From Eledone cirrhosa (Eukaryota), in assembly GCA_964016885.1 (NCBI GenBank), contig OZ024752.1, positions 24,366,001 through 24,430,000 of the forward strand: 64,000 bases of DNA, read 5' to 3'. Positions within the stretch are counted from its first letter, which is position 1; every line of letters begins with the position of its first letter. This document shows, in pieces, positions 42,261-55,449 of this stretch. Made by a program: the position numbers and the translations under genes. The notes beneath the pieces were generated by a model. The model was not told the DNA's origin. It saw nothing but the letters and a program-made list of their open reading frames with translations, and did not search any database.

Positions 42261-43313
42261 TTTAGCATTTACCCATTTTTCTCACCTTTTTCTATTCAAA
42301 CCAGCCATAACTGGTCACTCCCATTGATGTTAAGGTATAGTTCTCAAAAGAAATATCAAAATCTTAAGGATTTGATATTATGTAAGATAAAGCCTTTACT
42401 GTAAAAATACAATAGTATATGTAGACTAATGTAAATGTTATGTGAGGTAAAGCCTTTACTGTGAAAATACAATAGTATATATAGAGTAATATAAACACAA
42501 AAGAACACACACTAGAGGGAAACGTTTTTTGTTGCAATTAAATTCTTGTTCATGTCTATTCCTTGTTTTCTTGAAGTCATTTTTAATCTATGTAGGAATT
42601 TTCAGCATTCTTTTTCTTTTGCCAACACCAACATTCCGTGTTGTAGTGTTTAATTGACTGGACCCTCTCTCACCTCAGGAAATCCTGTGAGTGTTTAGTC
42701 TCAGAAATTTTATAGGGTTGGAAGTGGTATGACGACTGGTGGGTGTAAAAGTAGTTGGCTAGAATTTGCAGATGACATGGTGTTATTTAACTCAACAGAT
42801 GATTCCTTCTGTGAACTTGATAGGTTTGCTACCAAGCCCTGCATGACAGGACTGAAAACTGGTGCTGTGAAGACTGAGATACTCCTCCTGCACAGTGCAC
42901 CCTACATGTGAGTGGAGTTCCACTGAAGCAGACCGGGAAAAGTTCAAGTATCTAGGGTCTGTGTTCATGAGTTGAAGGCAAGAGGGAGAATTAAATGAAA
43001 AAATTGCAGGAGCTAGTGCAGTAATGTGTCAGCTTCAACATTCAGTATCAGAAGAAGGGAGGTAGGTGTAAAAGTAAAACTGACTGTCTTAATTTGGTAT
43101 TTGTGCCAACCCTTACCCCTGGTAATGAATCTTGGGTAATATCTTTGATGTATGTCAGTATATTTCTTCCCTTTGAGTAATGTATTAAAAAATAAAAATA
43201 ATAAAATATATATATATATATACACACACAACATATATGTTAAGATATATAAGATTTCTCAAGCTTCACATTTTGTATTGTGACTTCCAAAGTGTGTCTA
43301 TATATTTGTGTTT

Positions 43314-43845
43314 TTCATATTTCACAGTGATAGGGTTTACCGCAAGTGTTGACTACGTAGGTGAACAACCAGTGACAAATGCTGAGAAAAATATATACCA
43401 CATATTTCACATGAATAAGGTTTTTCACCAGTATGTAGTCTTTTGTGAAGTTCAAGATGAGAACTATGAGAAAAAGATTTCCCACATATTTCACAATGGA
43501 AGGGTTTTTCTCCAGTGTGACTCTGTATGTGGATGACAAGAGCAGAAATTATTTATGAAAGATTTCTCACATATTTCACAGTGGAAGAGTTTTTCTCTAG
43601 TGTGACTCCGTATGTGGACGACAATTAGAATTATCAATAAAAGATTTATCACATATTTCACAATGGAAGGGTTTTTCCCCAGTGTGACTCCGTATGTGTA
43701 CGACAAGAGCAGAATTATTAGTGAAAGATTTCCCACATATTTCACAGTGGAAGGGTTTTTCTCTACTGTGTATTTTCTCGTGTGAGGATAGTTTCAGTTT
43801 TGAAGAGAAAGTTTTCCTGCAAATCTCACAGCTATATTCAGACAT
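43314..43845 (-). pseudogene. C2H2 ZNF pseudogene, - strand unit 1
   Basis: MSEYSCEICRKTFSSKLKLSSHEKIH start as in the intact gene; frameshifts from finger 3 onward. Confidence 0.88.
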
Positions 43846-44010
43846 ATTTCATAAAGGAATCTCACCACTTCCGCTCATATATTAAGAAATGTAGCATTCA
43901 GTTGGTAAAGTAATATGTATGACAGCGTAAGACTGATCTTGGAAGAAGAAAAAGCAAGTGCTAATATATATATATATATGTGTGTGTGTGTATATATATA
44001 TATTTTTTAT

Positions 44011-44351
44011 GGAGGCACATGGCTTAGTGGTTAGAGCATTGGCCTTGCAATCGAAAGGTTGTGAGTTCAATTCTCAGACTGGGTGATGTGTTGTTTCCTT
44101 GAACAAGAAACTTTATTTCACATTGCTCCAGTTTACTCAGCTGTAGAAATGAGATGATAGGGACTGGTATCGCTATCATTCCACTGCAAAGTGGTCGTGG
44201 AGGTGCACGGCAAAAAAAGCACCCAGCACTCACTGTAAATGAGGTTGGTGTTAGGAAGGGTATCCAGCTGTAGAAATCAAGCCAGAATCAGTTTCCGTCC
44301 CACCCTTGCAAGCAGGGAAAAGCGGACGTAAAATGAAATGATGATGATGAT
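44011..44351 (+). mobile_element. SINE family A, absent from the paralogous sites near 52615 and 58030
   Basis: Matches 20808-21155; empty sites visible in units 2 and 3. Confidence 0.9.
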
Positions 44352-44741
44352 TTTTATTTTTGTTAAGATGAGAGAAGCTCTATTAACAATAACATCCTCA
44401 GCTCATAAAACAGACGAATAAGTCTTCGTAATTTAAGGTTCTTATCATAATTTCAAAAGATGAAGGTTAATATATATACATATATACAGACATGCAGTGT
44501 GTACGTATGAGAAAAGAAATAGACTTGTGTGTGTGTAAGTGTTGTAATAAGTCAAGATATTTCACTACAGATGGTAGAAAGGTTCACAATGTTTGTGTTG
44601 TGGTGGAAAACGAAATAATACGTACTTTAGTTTTCAAGACCAAATATAAAGTCAAGAAAAGTTAGGAAAAACTAAATGTTCACTGATTTCTGATTAAAAT
44701 AATATTTTTCTGTCCTGTAAAATGTTGAACAACCACTTCAA

Positions 44742-45868
44742 TCTATATCTATATATAAAACTGAGGTTGTCTGTCTGTCTATCGATTTTTGGCACACATC
44801 TCCTCTTAGAATCTCTCACGGAATTGCACCGAAATTGCTATACTTGTACATTGAGCCCTAGCGAAGACATCGGAAAAAAATATTTCAAATTGACCCGCCC
44901 TATCTGACGAAATCGAATATAATGTATCGATTTTTGAGCGTAAGTGATCAGTTATTTCCCTTTGTTCTGTTTACATTCAGCGTAGCGTCTTACGTTCTCT
45001 TTACATTTTCTGCGTGCAAAAATTTAAAAAATGATTTCCCTTTGTTCTGTTTACATTCAGCGTAGCGTCTTACGTTCTGTTTACATTTTCTGCGTGCAAA
45101 AATTAAAAAAATTACGCTGGCAAAAATTAAAAAAATTACGCTGGCTTTCTCAGCGTTTAAAATGACATTAACACAATACACGAACAGTTGTCGAGCCAGC
45201 AAAATTTTGACCTGCAAAATTCATCAGTTCGAACACTAAGCTTCCGTTTTGCTTCATTTCCATTTAAAAGCCTTTTAAAACAATATTTTTACTTGAAAAC
45301 AAGTCTATTTAAAGACTACGTAAAACAAGCAAATATTTCGTAAAAAAAGCAAAAATTATATAAGTTTATTTAAAATATATGTATCTGTAAATTTCGTTAG
45401 GCGTGCAGACAGACAGTCGTGCAGAGAGGTGATATAGGCGTGCAGACAGACAGTCGTGCAGAGAGGTGATATAGGCGTGCAGACAGATAGTCGTGCAGAG
45501 AGTTGATATAGGCGTGCAGACAGATAGTCGTGCAGAGAGGTGATATAGGCGTGCAGACAGACATAACTGATAATTTGGTTACGCTAATTTTTTTCTCTGC
45601 GTTGCAGTGTTTACATTTTCGATCTTTGTTAATAAATAACCAGTGCAGTTTTTATCCCCAGCATCCTCTTTTGTTATAACATTCGGGTTATCGTTATGTT
45701 TTCTTAACTTCATAAGGCATATTGTTGGTTGAGGGAATATTAATCAAAAACACCACATGCAAGTCTGCACAGTAGACACTACAGTTTTTAAGCCAAAAAA
45801 GAAACTTAACATTGTAACTTTAACACAGCTACTGAGCGACCCCGAGCAACGCCGGGCTTTACTGCTAG
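44742..45868 (+). mobile_element. Non-autonomous Helitron (1127 bp)
   Basis: 5' TC, 3' CTAG, subterminal hairpin CCCGAGCAACGCCGGG at 45841-45856; inserted between A and T without a TSD relative to the empty site near 53054; internal 37-bp tandem repeat at about 45398-45562. Confidence 0.92.
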
Positions 45869-46925
45869 TATTTAATAATACAGGTGATAAAACAACAACT
45901 ATAAGGTAAATAAGTCACCTTATGTTATTTACAAACATTAACATTCACCTTAATATGAAATAATCACCATAAAAGATAAAATTAGATGATGTTTAAGTTG
46001 TAACAATGGAGCTGATATAAATGGTAATTTTACACTGTCTAGTTGACACCGGTGTCATGACTTAAAAGTCCCCTACATAATTTAATACATTCAGAAACAA
46101 CTTCCGTTATGTTAATTCACACCTTCAATCGATATGTTAGTAATTTATTCAGATTTGTATAAATAACATTATTAATTTTACATAACTGTTTATATTAAAA
46201 CAAAACACATTATTAAAAGTAATAAAACATTTAAAAAATGGAAATGAAAAGATGAAAAGCAAAAACATGAGAGACATGTGGAATGATGTGTCTTGCTTAA
46301 GGACACAATGTACCTCCCTTGAAAACATTATATTACAATATGCTGTATGACTTCACTATAAAATATATGTGTTTGTATACATATATATAGTATATATATG
46401 TGTGTATACATTGTCTCATTCCATGAGAGTAACTTGGTCAGTCTATGAACTCCTCAACCGACCCTTCTATATGTATATACATGTTTGTCAGTGTTTGTAC
46501 GTATATAGAATATTGTCACAACTACTATGTACACCACATATACACTATATATAATATTGTCCAATATATATATACACTATATGTCATGTTGTCCAAAGGA
46601 AAGGCTGATATAGATCGGCACCCGTGACATTAGAACTATTTTATACACTATATATATATAGATATAGATATTACATACATACACTATATATAATGTCCAG
46701 AGGAATGGCTGAAACAGTTTGACACCAGCATTTATCATATATTTATGCACTATACATACTATGTATACACTACATATATATCATCATCATCGATTAACAT
46801 CTATCTTCCATGGGTTACACACGTCCTATTATGAGGCAAGTTGTGTCGGGTGACCATGGCAGCTCATATACGGGTGTTTCTGGCTGGTTTTCTATGGCTG
46901 GATGTCCTTCCTAATGCCAACCACA

Positions 46926-48260
46926 TTGACAATGAGGTGCCTGGATGCCAGTTCAGGTTGGCAGCTGTTGCACAACTGACTGGTTGCATGTGCGGCCCCC
47001 TCACATGCAGACTCCCAGTTGCACTGGACTGAACTCCTCACCCAGTTCAGGTGTTAAGGACCTGCGGACCAGCCCCTGGAAGACATTGCCCACAGAAATA
47101 GGGCGTATGCCATCCTCTTTCTTCCTGAGAGCGGTCAGGCTAGCCGAAAAAGAGGCCTTGGGCATGAGGGTCCAGGGCACCATGGATTAGCTTATTGGTG
47201 AATGCCACAATTGCACTCAGAAGGCAGCACCCAGGCTCAGCGGAGAGGGTGGATAGCAACTCCTTGAGGTGGCCAGGCCGATACCATCAGCACCTCCGCT
47301 GTTGCTAGCTGGGAAGGACTTGATGGTGGACATAGTGTGTGCATTGGAAGCCAGAAGGAACAAGTGGGGATCGGGTGGGGCTATGGGTCTGAGATCAGCA
47401 AGTGGTTCAGGGTGCTTGAGTCGCAGGGCAGCCAGGACCTCCTCGGTGGATTGGAGGACAGTGTCCTCTGAGGCAACCACTCTGACTGCAGCCGAGACAT
47501 CACCCATGATTAATTTGGCATTTACACGGTCACGCAAACGCTTGGTGCTGGCCTCAGGAGTGGTGGATTGGGGGCACCCGAGAGCGGGGTGTGTGGCGTC
47601 CTTAGGCACTTGCCCAAAGGATGAAACATTGGCCTTGACAAAGGCTGCTGTCGACTGGCCGTCTTGGACAGTGCCAGAGATGGGGAGGACGAGGGCGAGT
47701 GGGGCGAATTAGAAGAGTTGCACCCAGTCGCTGGTTCGATTGGATTCCAGAGCACTCCCAATAGAGGAACCAAGGGCATCGGCTACTGGCACCCGGGCTG
47801 CTCTCGGGATCCTGAGTGGGATCTACCGGCACTGCCTGAGCCGAGCGATGATGACCAGCGACGTTTGGGCATCAGGCAAGGTTGCTGTTTCATCTGTGCT
47901 AGACGAGGCGAAGAGACAGTTTCTGCATCTCCAATATGCGAGGTGCTGCAGGTGTCGACTGGGCAGACGAAGCGAAGAGACAGTTTCAGCTTCTCCACGC
48001 TGCGAGGGCACTGGAGGTTTGATGCGTCAAGTCAACACAGGTGAGGTGGTGGAAGCAGCCACACCCCATCAGTTCCAGCCCCTCTCCCGTCTATTCGTGG
48101 TGCTGCAGGGGATGGAGGATTGGGGCGGCATCAGGGGTGAGAGGCTGGTTGTCACCAGCCTAGGTGCTAGGCACAACTGTGTGGGTAGAAGGGAAAATGC
48201 TGATAAGAGGGCCTCATAGCTCACCTACATCAGATATGGAGGCATCAGAAGACAGAGAAA
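46926..48260 (-). mobile_element. GC-rich non-LTR fragment, CRE-clade-like RT N-terminal half, frameshifted and 3'-truncated
   Basis: GDVSAAVRVVASED...LAALRLKHP, IKSFPASNSGGADG, SASLTALRKKEDGIRPISVG...SPVQLGV. Confidence 0.7.
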
Positions 48261-50874
48261 AGAAGGGGGTGCATGGAGGGACACACACAAGAAGGTAGAA
48301 TGTTATCAAATAAAGAAATGAATGAATGGATGAATATACAAAAAAGAAAACAGGGGGTTGTTCCCAGCGGAAAGACCCAGAGTTCAGCATGCACACATGC
48401 GAGCATGTTAGCAGTTTCTCATAGAACCTTGTGGCTAAAGGTGAGTCTTTCAATCCTGAAAACATGTGTTGTTATTGTCACTGATGATGGAGTCGGCTGC
48501 CTCTTGTTAATAGTAGTGGTAGTGTTTGCTGGTAAATTGTTGGTGTATACACATGTTGTTGTTGTTAATGTCACCGCTGCTGTCGCTGCCTTCCTATTGT
48601 TGATGGTGGTGGTAGTTGAAACTGCTACCTATTCGGGCTGCCAGGCTTCTTGCTGGGACTCGAACGCCTTCTTTAACCGAAGATGCGGGGTCGTTGTTAT
48701 TGTCACTGTTGTTGTCGCTGCCTTCCTCTTGTTAACGGTAGTGATAATTGTTGGTGCTACCTATATCGGCTGCATCAGCTTCTGTCAGTGACACTCCAAT
48801 GGCCTTCTTGACCAAAGATGCAGGTCAATGGCTTTTGGCATCGTTTGGCAACACAACGGCAAATAAATATATTCTCTATTTTTATTTATTTCTAATCTGA
48901 TTCAATATTATCAATGGAAACATTGTTTCCTTGGTCCAATCTGATGAGTTACACTCCACTTGGTAAGTAAGAACTGAGATGTTGAGATTTATTACAAAAA
49001 AAATCACTAAAATCAAGATACTGGGTTGGTATAACAACCTGTATGTGTCTGTCGTGGTGTGGTATGTGGTGCATTGTGGTGTTTTGATATGCTGTGTGTG
49101 TGTGTGTGTGCAGGGTGATGTGTTGTTGTGTGTAGTGTAAAGAGGAAATTTTACACACACAGGACCTAGAAGGGGTGTGTGAGGACTCTACCCCCTACAA
49201 CCCTCTCAGAAATAAATGGCTGAAGAAAAAGAGAAGAAAGTTGTAAAGTATTTTCAAATGTGAATTATTTTTTTAAAAGGTCAAAATTTCAACTGTCATG
49301 AAAGTACCATCCAACAAATATTTTACGTTATGCAATTGTTTTTATTTACACATGTGGATATTTTGTCATAAATATAAATATAAACCAGTTAAGGGTTACA
49401 AAATAAACACATCAATGTTTTTTTTGTTTTTTTTTTAAATGATGTAGTCGTAACGGTGTCACTGGATATTTGAAGCTTGGTGGAGACCTTCACTCTCCAG
49501 GTTGGAACAGTTGATTTCTTCAAGAGAAGGAGAGAGAATAAGAGGGAGGAAGTGAGATAGAAATATAGAGAGGAAGAACAGACCCCAGTGATAGACTGGT
49601 ATTGTTATTTATCAACCTTGAATGGACGAAAGAAAGTTGACCTGAGCATAGAACCAGGATAAATATGGCAGAAAGCATTCTATCTATTGTTTTATAGACT
49701 TTAAATAAATGTTTCTACTTTTGACTCAAGGCCAGCAATTTGAAGAGAAAGGGGAATGCCAATTAAATCAAGCCCAGTGCATTACTGTTACTGTTTTTTA
49801 TCAACCTTGAATGGATGAAAGTCAAAGTTGACCATGGCATGATTTAAACCTAGAACATAAAGGACTGTAACTTTATGACACAAAGCATATGGTCTGACAC
49901 TCTACTGATTCTGTAAATCCACCACGCTCAACAATGAAATGAGATTGTGTCTCTGTAAGAGCCCTTAATGACAAATAATTTGAAGGGCTACTTTCTACAG
50001 GGTGTATTTGTTAATTACAATACAAAACCTCTGAGAATGATTTCCAACATATTTCACCATAATAAATGTTCATCAATATATATTAATATTATTATTATTT
50101 TCTGCTAGCATGTGTAGTGTGCATATTGATATTATATGCAAGTATATATACATGTAGATATGATACATAAAATAAAATCGTAATTGACAATATATAATAC
50201 ATAGAAATTGAACAAAGACTGCGTTACACTGTCTTATTTAATAAGTAACGTAATCCATGATACATTATAAAAAGACGATATTAGGAGAAAATTAGTGACG
50301 GAAATATATGAATGTTTATTTAAGCGATGGCTAACCGGAAGTGTTGACATTTCAGAAAAATTAAAGAAGTGAATCTTTAAATAAGCTATTAAATATATTT
50401 AATCAACAGCCACGAAATTTAGTAGATAAATTATGTAATATTCATTGATTATTTATTCAAAGTAATGCAACTTATTTTACTAATGGGATAAAAAATTATA
50501 AATCGTACGCAGTCCCGCGCTCCTTACTTTATTATAGTTTAAATTTATTAGGTCAGGTGGATTGGCCAGAACAATTCTACTCTTCTTTTTTAGATGCCAC
50601 GATCTTCCATGCATTTCTGAGATCATTAATCTCCAGCTGGACATCCTGAAACATCTGATCTATGTAGGTCAATCCCAGTCATCCCACTAGGGTCTTACAA
50701 TGTTTAGGTATCTACAACAATAGCCAGCTCATCCTACCCACAGTAGCAATGTCCAGCATATCTTGTCCTCCGCTCCCTAGTTATTGTGGTAATCTTTGAT
50801 ATATGTCAGTATATTTCTTCCCTTTAAGTAATGTATTAAAAAATAAAAATCTATACATGCATTTTATATATATA

Positions 50875-51215
50875 GAGGCACATGGCTTAGTGGTTAGAGC
50901 ATTGGCCTTGCAATCGAAAGGTTGTGAGTTCAATTCTCAGACCGGGTGATGTGTTGTTTCCTTGAGCAAGACACATTATTTCACATTGCTCCAGTTTACT
51001 CAGCTGTAGAAATAAGATGATAGGTACTGGGGTGCCTATCATTCCACTGTAAAGTGGACATGTAGGCGCCACGGAAAAAAAGCACCCAGTACTCACTGTA
51101 AATGAGGTTGGTATTAGGAAGGCCATCCAGCTGTAGAAATCAAGCCAGAATCTGTTCCTGTCCCACCCTTGCAAGCAGGGAAAAGCGGACGTAAAAATGA
51201 TGATGATGATGATGA
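50875..51215 (+). mobile_element. SINE family A just downstream of the intact ZNF gene, antisense to it
   Basis: Matches 20808-21155; absent at the paralogous position near 43205. Confidence 0.9.
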
Positions 51216-51288
51216 TACATACATTTATATTCTGCCTTCCAAAGTGTGTCTATATATTTGTGTTTTTCATATTTCACAGTGATGGGGT

Positions 51289-52470
51289 TTACCGCAAGTG
51301 TTGACTACGTAGGTGAACAACCAGTGACGAATTCTGAGTGAAAGATTTACCACATATTTCACATGAATAAGGTTTTTCACCAGTATGTATTCTTTTATGA
51401 CGTACAAGATGAGAACTCCGAGAAAAAGATTTCCCACATATTTCACAATGGAAGGTTTTTTCTCCAGTGTGTATTCTTTTGTGAGTTTCAAGTTGAGAAC
51501 TCTGAGAAAAAGATTTCCCACATATTTCACATGAATGAGGTTTTTCTCCTGTGTGCTTTCTTTTGTGCTTTACAAGATTGTTCTTCTGGGTGAAAGTTTT
51601 CCCACATATTTCACAGTGGAAGGGTTTTTCACCAGTGTGTGTTTTTTTGTGATGTTCAAGATGAGAATCACGAGAAAAAGATTTCCCACATATTTCACAA
51701 TGGAAGGGTTTGTCACCAGTATGTGTTCTTTTGTGATGTTCAAGATGAGATCTCTGAGAAAAAGATTTCCCACATATTTCACAATGGAAGGGTTTTTCTC
51801 CAGTGTGTGTTCTTTTGTGAGGTTCAAGTTGAGATCTCTGAGAAAAAGATTTCCCACATATTTCACATGAATGAGGTTTTTCTCCTGTGTGCTTTCTTTT
51901 GTGCTTTACAAGATTGTTCTTCTGGGTGAAAGTTTTCCCACATATTTCACAGTGGAAGGGTTTTTCACCAGTGTGTGTTCTTTTGTGATGTTCAAGATGA
52001 GAATCACGAGAAAAAGGTTTCCCACATATTTCACAATGGAAGGGTTTGTCACCAGTATGTGTTCTTTTGTGATGTTCAAGATGAGATCCCTGAGAAAAAG
52101 ATTTCCCACATATTTCACAATGGAAGGGTTTGTCACCAGTGTGTGTTCTTTTGTGACGTACAAGATGAGCACTATTAGAAAAGGATTTACCACATATTTC
52201 ACAATGGAAGGGTTTTTCACCAGTGTGACTCCGTATGTGGATGACAAGAGCAGAATTATTTATGAAAGATTTACCACATATTTCACAGTGGAAGGGTTTT
52301 TCTCCGGTGTGACTCCGTACGTGGATGACAAGATTAGAATTATGAGTGAAAGATTTACCACATATTTCACAGTGGAAGGGTTTTTCTTTACCGTGTATTT
52401 TCTCGTGTGAGGATAGTTTCAGTTTTGAAGAGAAAGTTTTCCTGCAAATCTCACAGCTATATTCAGACAT
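51289..52470 (-). CDS. Intact C2H2 zinc-finger protein, 393 aa, 14 tandem fingers, no effector domain visible
   Basis: 14 CEIC...H..H units with TGEKP/TGDKP linkers; a polypyrimidine tract and AG acceptor put the exon start at 52565. Confidence 0.93.
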   Translation of the reverse strand: MSEYSCEICRKTFSSKLKLSSHEKIHGKEKPFHCEICGKSFTHNSNLVIHVRSHTGEKPFHCEICGKSFINNSALVIHIRSHTGEKPFHCEICGKSFSNSAHLVRHKRTHTGDKPFHCEICGKSFSQGSHLEHHKRTHTGDKPFHCEICGKPFSRDSHLEHHKRTHTGEKPFHCEICGKTFTQKNNLVKHKRKHTGEKPHSCEICGKSFSQRSQLEPHKRTHTGEKPFHCEICGKSFSQRSHLEHHKRTHTGDKPFHCEICGKSFSRDSHLEHHKKTHTGEKPFHCEICGKTFTQKNNLVKHKRKHTGEKPHSCEICGKSFSQSSQLETHKRIHTGEKTFHCEICGKSFSRSSHLVRHKRIHTGEKPYSCEICGKSFTQNSSLVVHLRSQHLR

Positions 52471-53541
52471 ATTTCATAAAGGAATCTCACCACTTCCACT
52501 CATATATTAAGAAATGTAGCATTCAGTTGGTAAAGTAGTAAGATGTATGAAAGCGTAAGACTGATCTGGGAAGAAGAAAAAGCAAGTGCTAATATAAATA
52601 CATATATATGTGTGTGTGTTTTTTGTTTGTTAAGCTGAGAGAAGCTTTATTCACAATAACATCTTCAGCTCATAAAACAGACGAATATATCTTCGTAATT
52701 TAAAGTTCTTGTTATTGAGGACAGTTTAGGTGACAACAGTATTAATATCCATAATTACAAAAGATGAAGGTTAATACATATATATATATATACAGACATA
52801 CAGTGTGTACGTATGAGAGAGAAATAGACGTGTGTGTGGAAATATGTGTACGAGTTGTAATAAATCAAGATATTTCACTTCAGATAGTGGAAAGGTTCAC
52901 AATGTTTGTGTTGTGGAGGAAAACGAAATAATACGTACTTTAGTTTTCAAGACGAAATATAAAGTCAAGAAAAGTTAGTAAAAACTAAATGTTCACTGAT
53001 TTCTGATTAAAATAATATTTTCCTGTCCTGTAAAATGTTGAACAACCACTTCAATATTTAATAATACAGGAGATAAAACAACAACTATAAGGTAAATAAG
53101 TCACCTTATGTTATTTACAAACATTAACGTTCACCTTAATATGAAATAATCACCATAAAAGATAAAATTAGATGAGGTTTAAGTTGTAACAATGGAGTTG
53201 ATATAAATGGTAATATTTCACTGTCTAGTTGACACCGGTGTCATGACTTAAAAGTCCCCTACAAAATTTAATACATTCAGAAACAGCTTTCGTTATGTTA
53301 ATTCACACGGTCTATCAATATGTTATTAATTTATTCAGATTTGTATAAATAACATTATTAATTTTACATAACTGTTCATATTAAAACAAAACACATTATT
53401 AAACGTAATAAAACATTTAAAAAATGGAAATGAAAAGATGAAAAACAAAAATATGAGAGACCTGTTGAATGATGTGTTTTGCTCAATAATACAATGTACC
53501 TCCCTGACTGAGAATTGAAAACATTATATTAGAATATGCTG

Positions 53542-53758
53542 AGGGCGGTGGATTGGCAGTATCAGTAGAGGGTCGGACGCCATGCTTTGCAGCATAGAGT
53601 TACGGGCTCTTTATGATCTGAGCTCAAATCCCGCCGAGGTTAACTTTGCTTTTCATCCTTATGGGGTCGATAAAATAAAGAACCAGTCACGCACTGGGGT
53701 CCATTTAATCGACTTTCCCTTCCCCCAAAATTACTGGCCTTGTGCCTATATAAGAAAC
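53542..53758 (+). mobile_element. Full-length SINE family C with a 20-bp TSD
   Basis: CATTATATTAGAATATGCTG at 53522-53541 and 53759-53778; single copy at the empty paralogous site near 46326. Confidence 0.92.
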
Positions 53759-54206
53759 CATTATATTAGAATATGCTGTATGACTTCACTATAAAATATA
53801 TGTGTTTGTATACATATATATAGTACATATTTGTGTCTCATTCCATGAGAGTAACTTAGTGTCTATAAACTCATCATCCGGCCCTTCTATATGTATATAC
53901 ATGTTTGTCAGTGTGTGTGTACATATGTATATAGAATATTGTCACAACTATTATATACACCACATATAATGTCCGATATATATAGACTATATGTCATGTT
54001 GTCCAAGGGAAAGGCTGATATAGAACGGCAGCCGTGACTTTACAACTATTATATACACTATATCTATATCTATCTATATATATATATATATATGTATACT
54101 ACATACATACACTATATATAATGTCCAGAGGAATGGCTGAAACAGCTTGACACCAGCATTTATCATATATATGCACTATACATACTATGTATACACTACA
54201 TATATA

Positions 54207-55330
54207 TCATCATCATCACCATCATCGATTAACATCTATCTTCCATGGGTTACACAGGTCTTATTTTGATGCAAGTTGTGTTGGGTGACCGTGACAGCTC
54301 ATATAGGGGTGTTACTGGCTGGTTTTCTATGGCTGGATGCCCTTCCTAATGCCAACCACATTGACAGAGTGGGCTGGGTGCTTTTTGCTGTGTCTTTCAC
54401 ATGTCCACTTTACAGCATGGGCTGGGTGCCTTTTGCTGTGTCTTTCACACGCCCACATTATAGTGTGGGCTGGGGGGACATGCTGTGCATATGCTTCAAC
54501 TTGTGTTCCTGGTAAGTCGGGTCTTCTGTATTACTGCAAATTGCCAGAGATCCCGGACATGTGTCATCTCCTCTGAGAGGTACAATTGGGCAAGGTCGGC
54601 TTGTATCACCTCACCCCAGGTCTTCCAATGTCTCCTCCTTCCAAGGCTTCCAACAACTGAGCCGTCTGCACTTTTTTATGCAGCTGTCATCCTTCATATG
54701 CAACACATGTCCATACCAATGCAATCTCCTCTCCTGCACACAGCATTTGATTTCTCTTATGCCTAGTTTCTCTCTCAGTTCATTTATGCTTAAACTTTCT
54801 CGCATATTACTATTACACATCCATCGGAGCATGCAGGCTTCATTTCTTTCCAATCTACACAAGTCTTCTGCATGCAGCACCCAAGTCTCACTACCATGTA
54901 ACATAGCTGTACATACGGATACATCATACCATCTGCCTTTCATTCTGAGGGAGAAGCTTTTGTAGCCAGCAGTGGCAGAAGCTCCATGAACTTCCTCCAT
55001 CCCGTTCTTACTCTGGTTACTGTACTTTCAGCACACCCAACATTGCTGCTAATTCGGTCACCTAAGTAGCAGAAGCTATCTAGTGTTTCTACAGAGCCCT
55101 CTTAGAATTTGGTAGCGCTTGTTTCTTGCGATCGTTTGCTGCTTACTGTTCCAGTGCAACTGCCACACGTAAAGCCTACATTCTTAGCTAAACTTACTGA
55201 GATCCCACTACATCTCTTGTGTACCTATATTCTCCATATAGGGGAGAGGATGGAATGTCTACCAATGCCTTTCCTACATACTGGTCAAGGCCATTTCCCT
55301 GAGAGGATCTCGGTTCTGTCTTCTGGAATT
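54207..55330 (-). mobile_element. Degraded RTE LINE 3' portion with 3' UTR
   Basis: MLHGSETW, RRLHWYGHV, (GAT)n tail; its extreme 3' end is shared with 46781-46925. Confidence 0.85.
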
Positions 55331-55449
55331 TCTACCAATATATATATATATATATATTCTCTACATATAATATATGATGTTATCAGTGAGGTCAATGGCT
55401 GATATAACTTGGTGCCAGTGTCATCACAACTAATATATACCCTATATAC

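Noticed and set aside
48940-48985. Hammerhead at CTGATGAG (also 56681 and CTGATGA at 16987)
   Set aside because: There is no GAAA after a closing stem II and no stem I or III.
50330-50345. ETS-like CCGGAAGT as a ZNF promoter
   Set aside because: It is a single short motif inside a repeat shared with 31330-31650, whose orientation does not follow the genes.
51363-52410. Antisense and alternate-frame ORFs over the ZNF gene
   Set aside because: They are shadows of the 84-bp finger periodicity.
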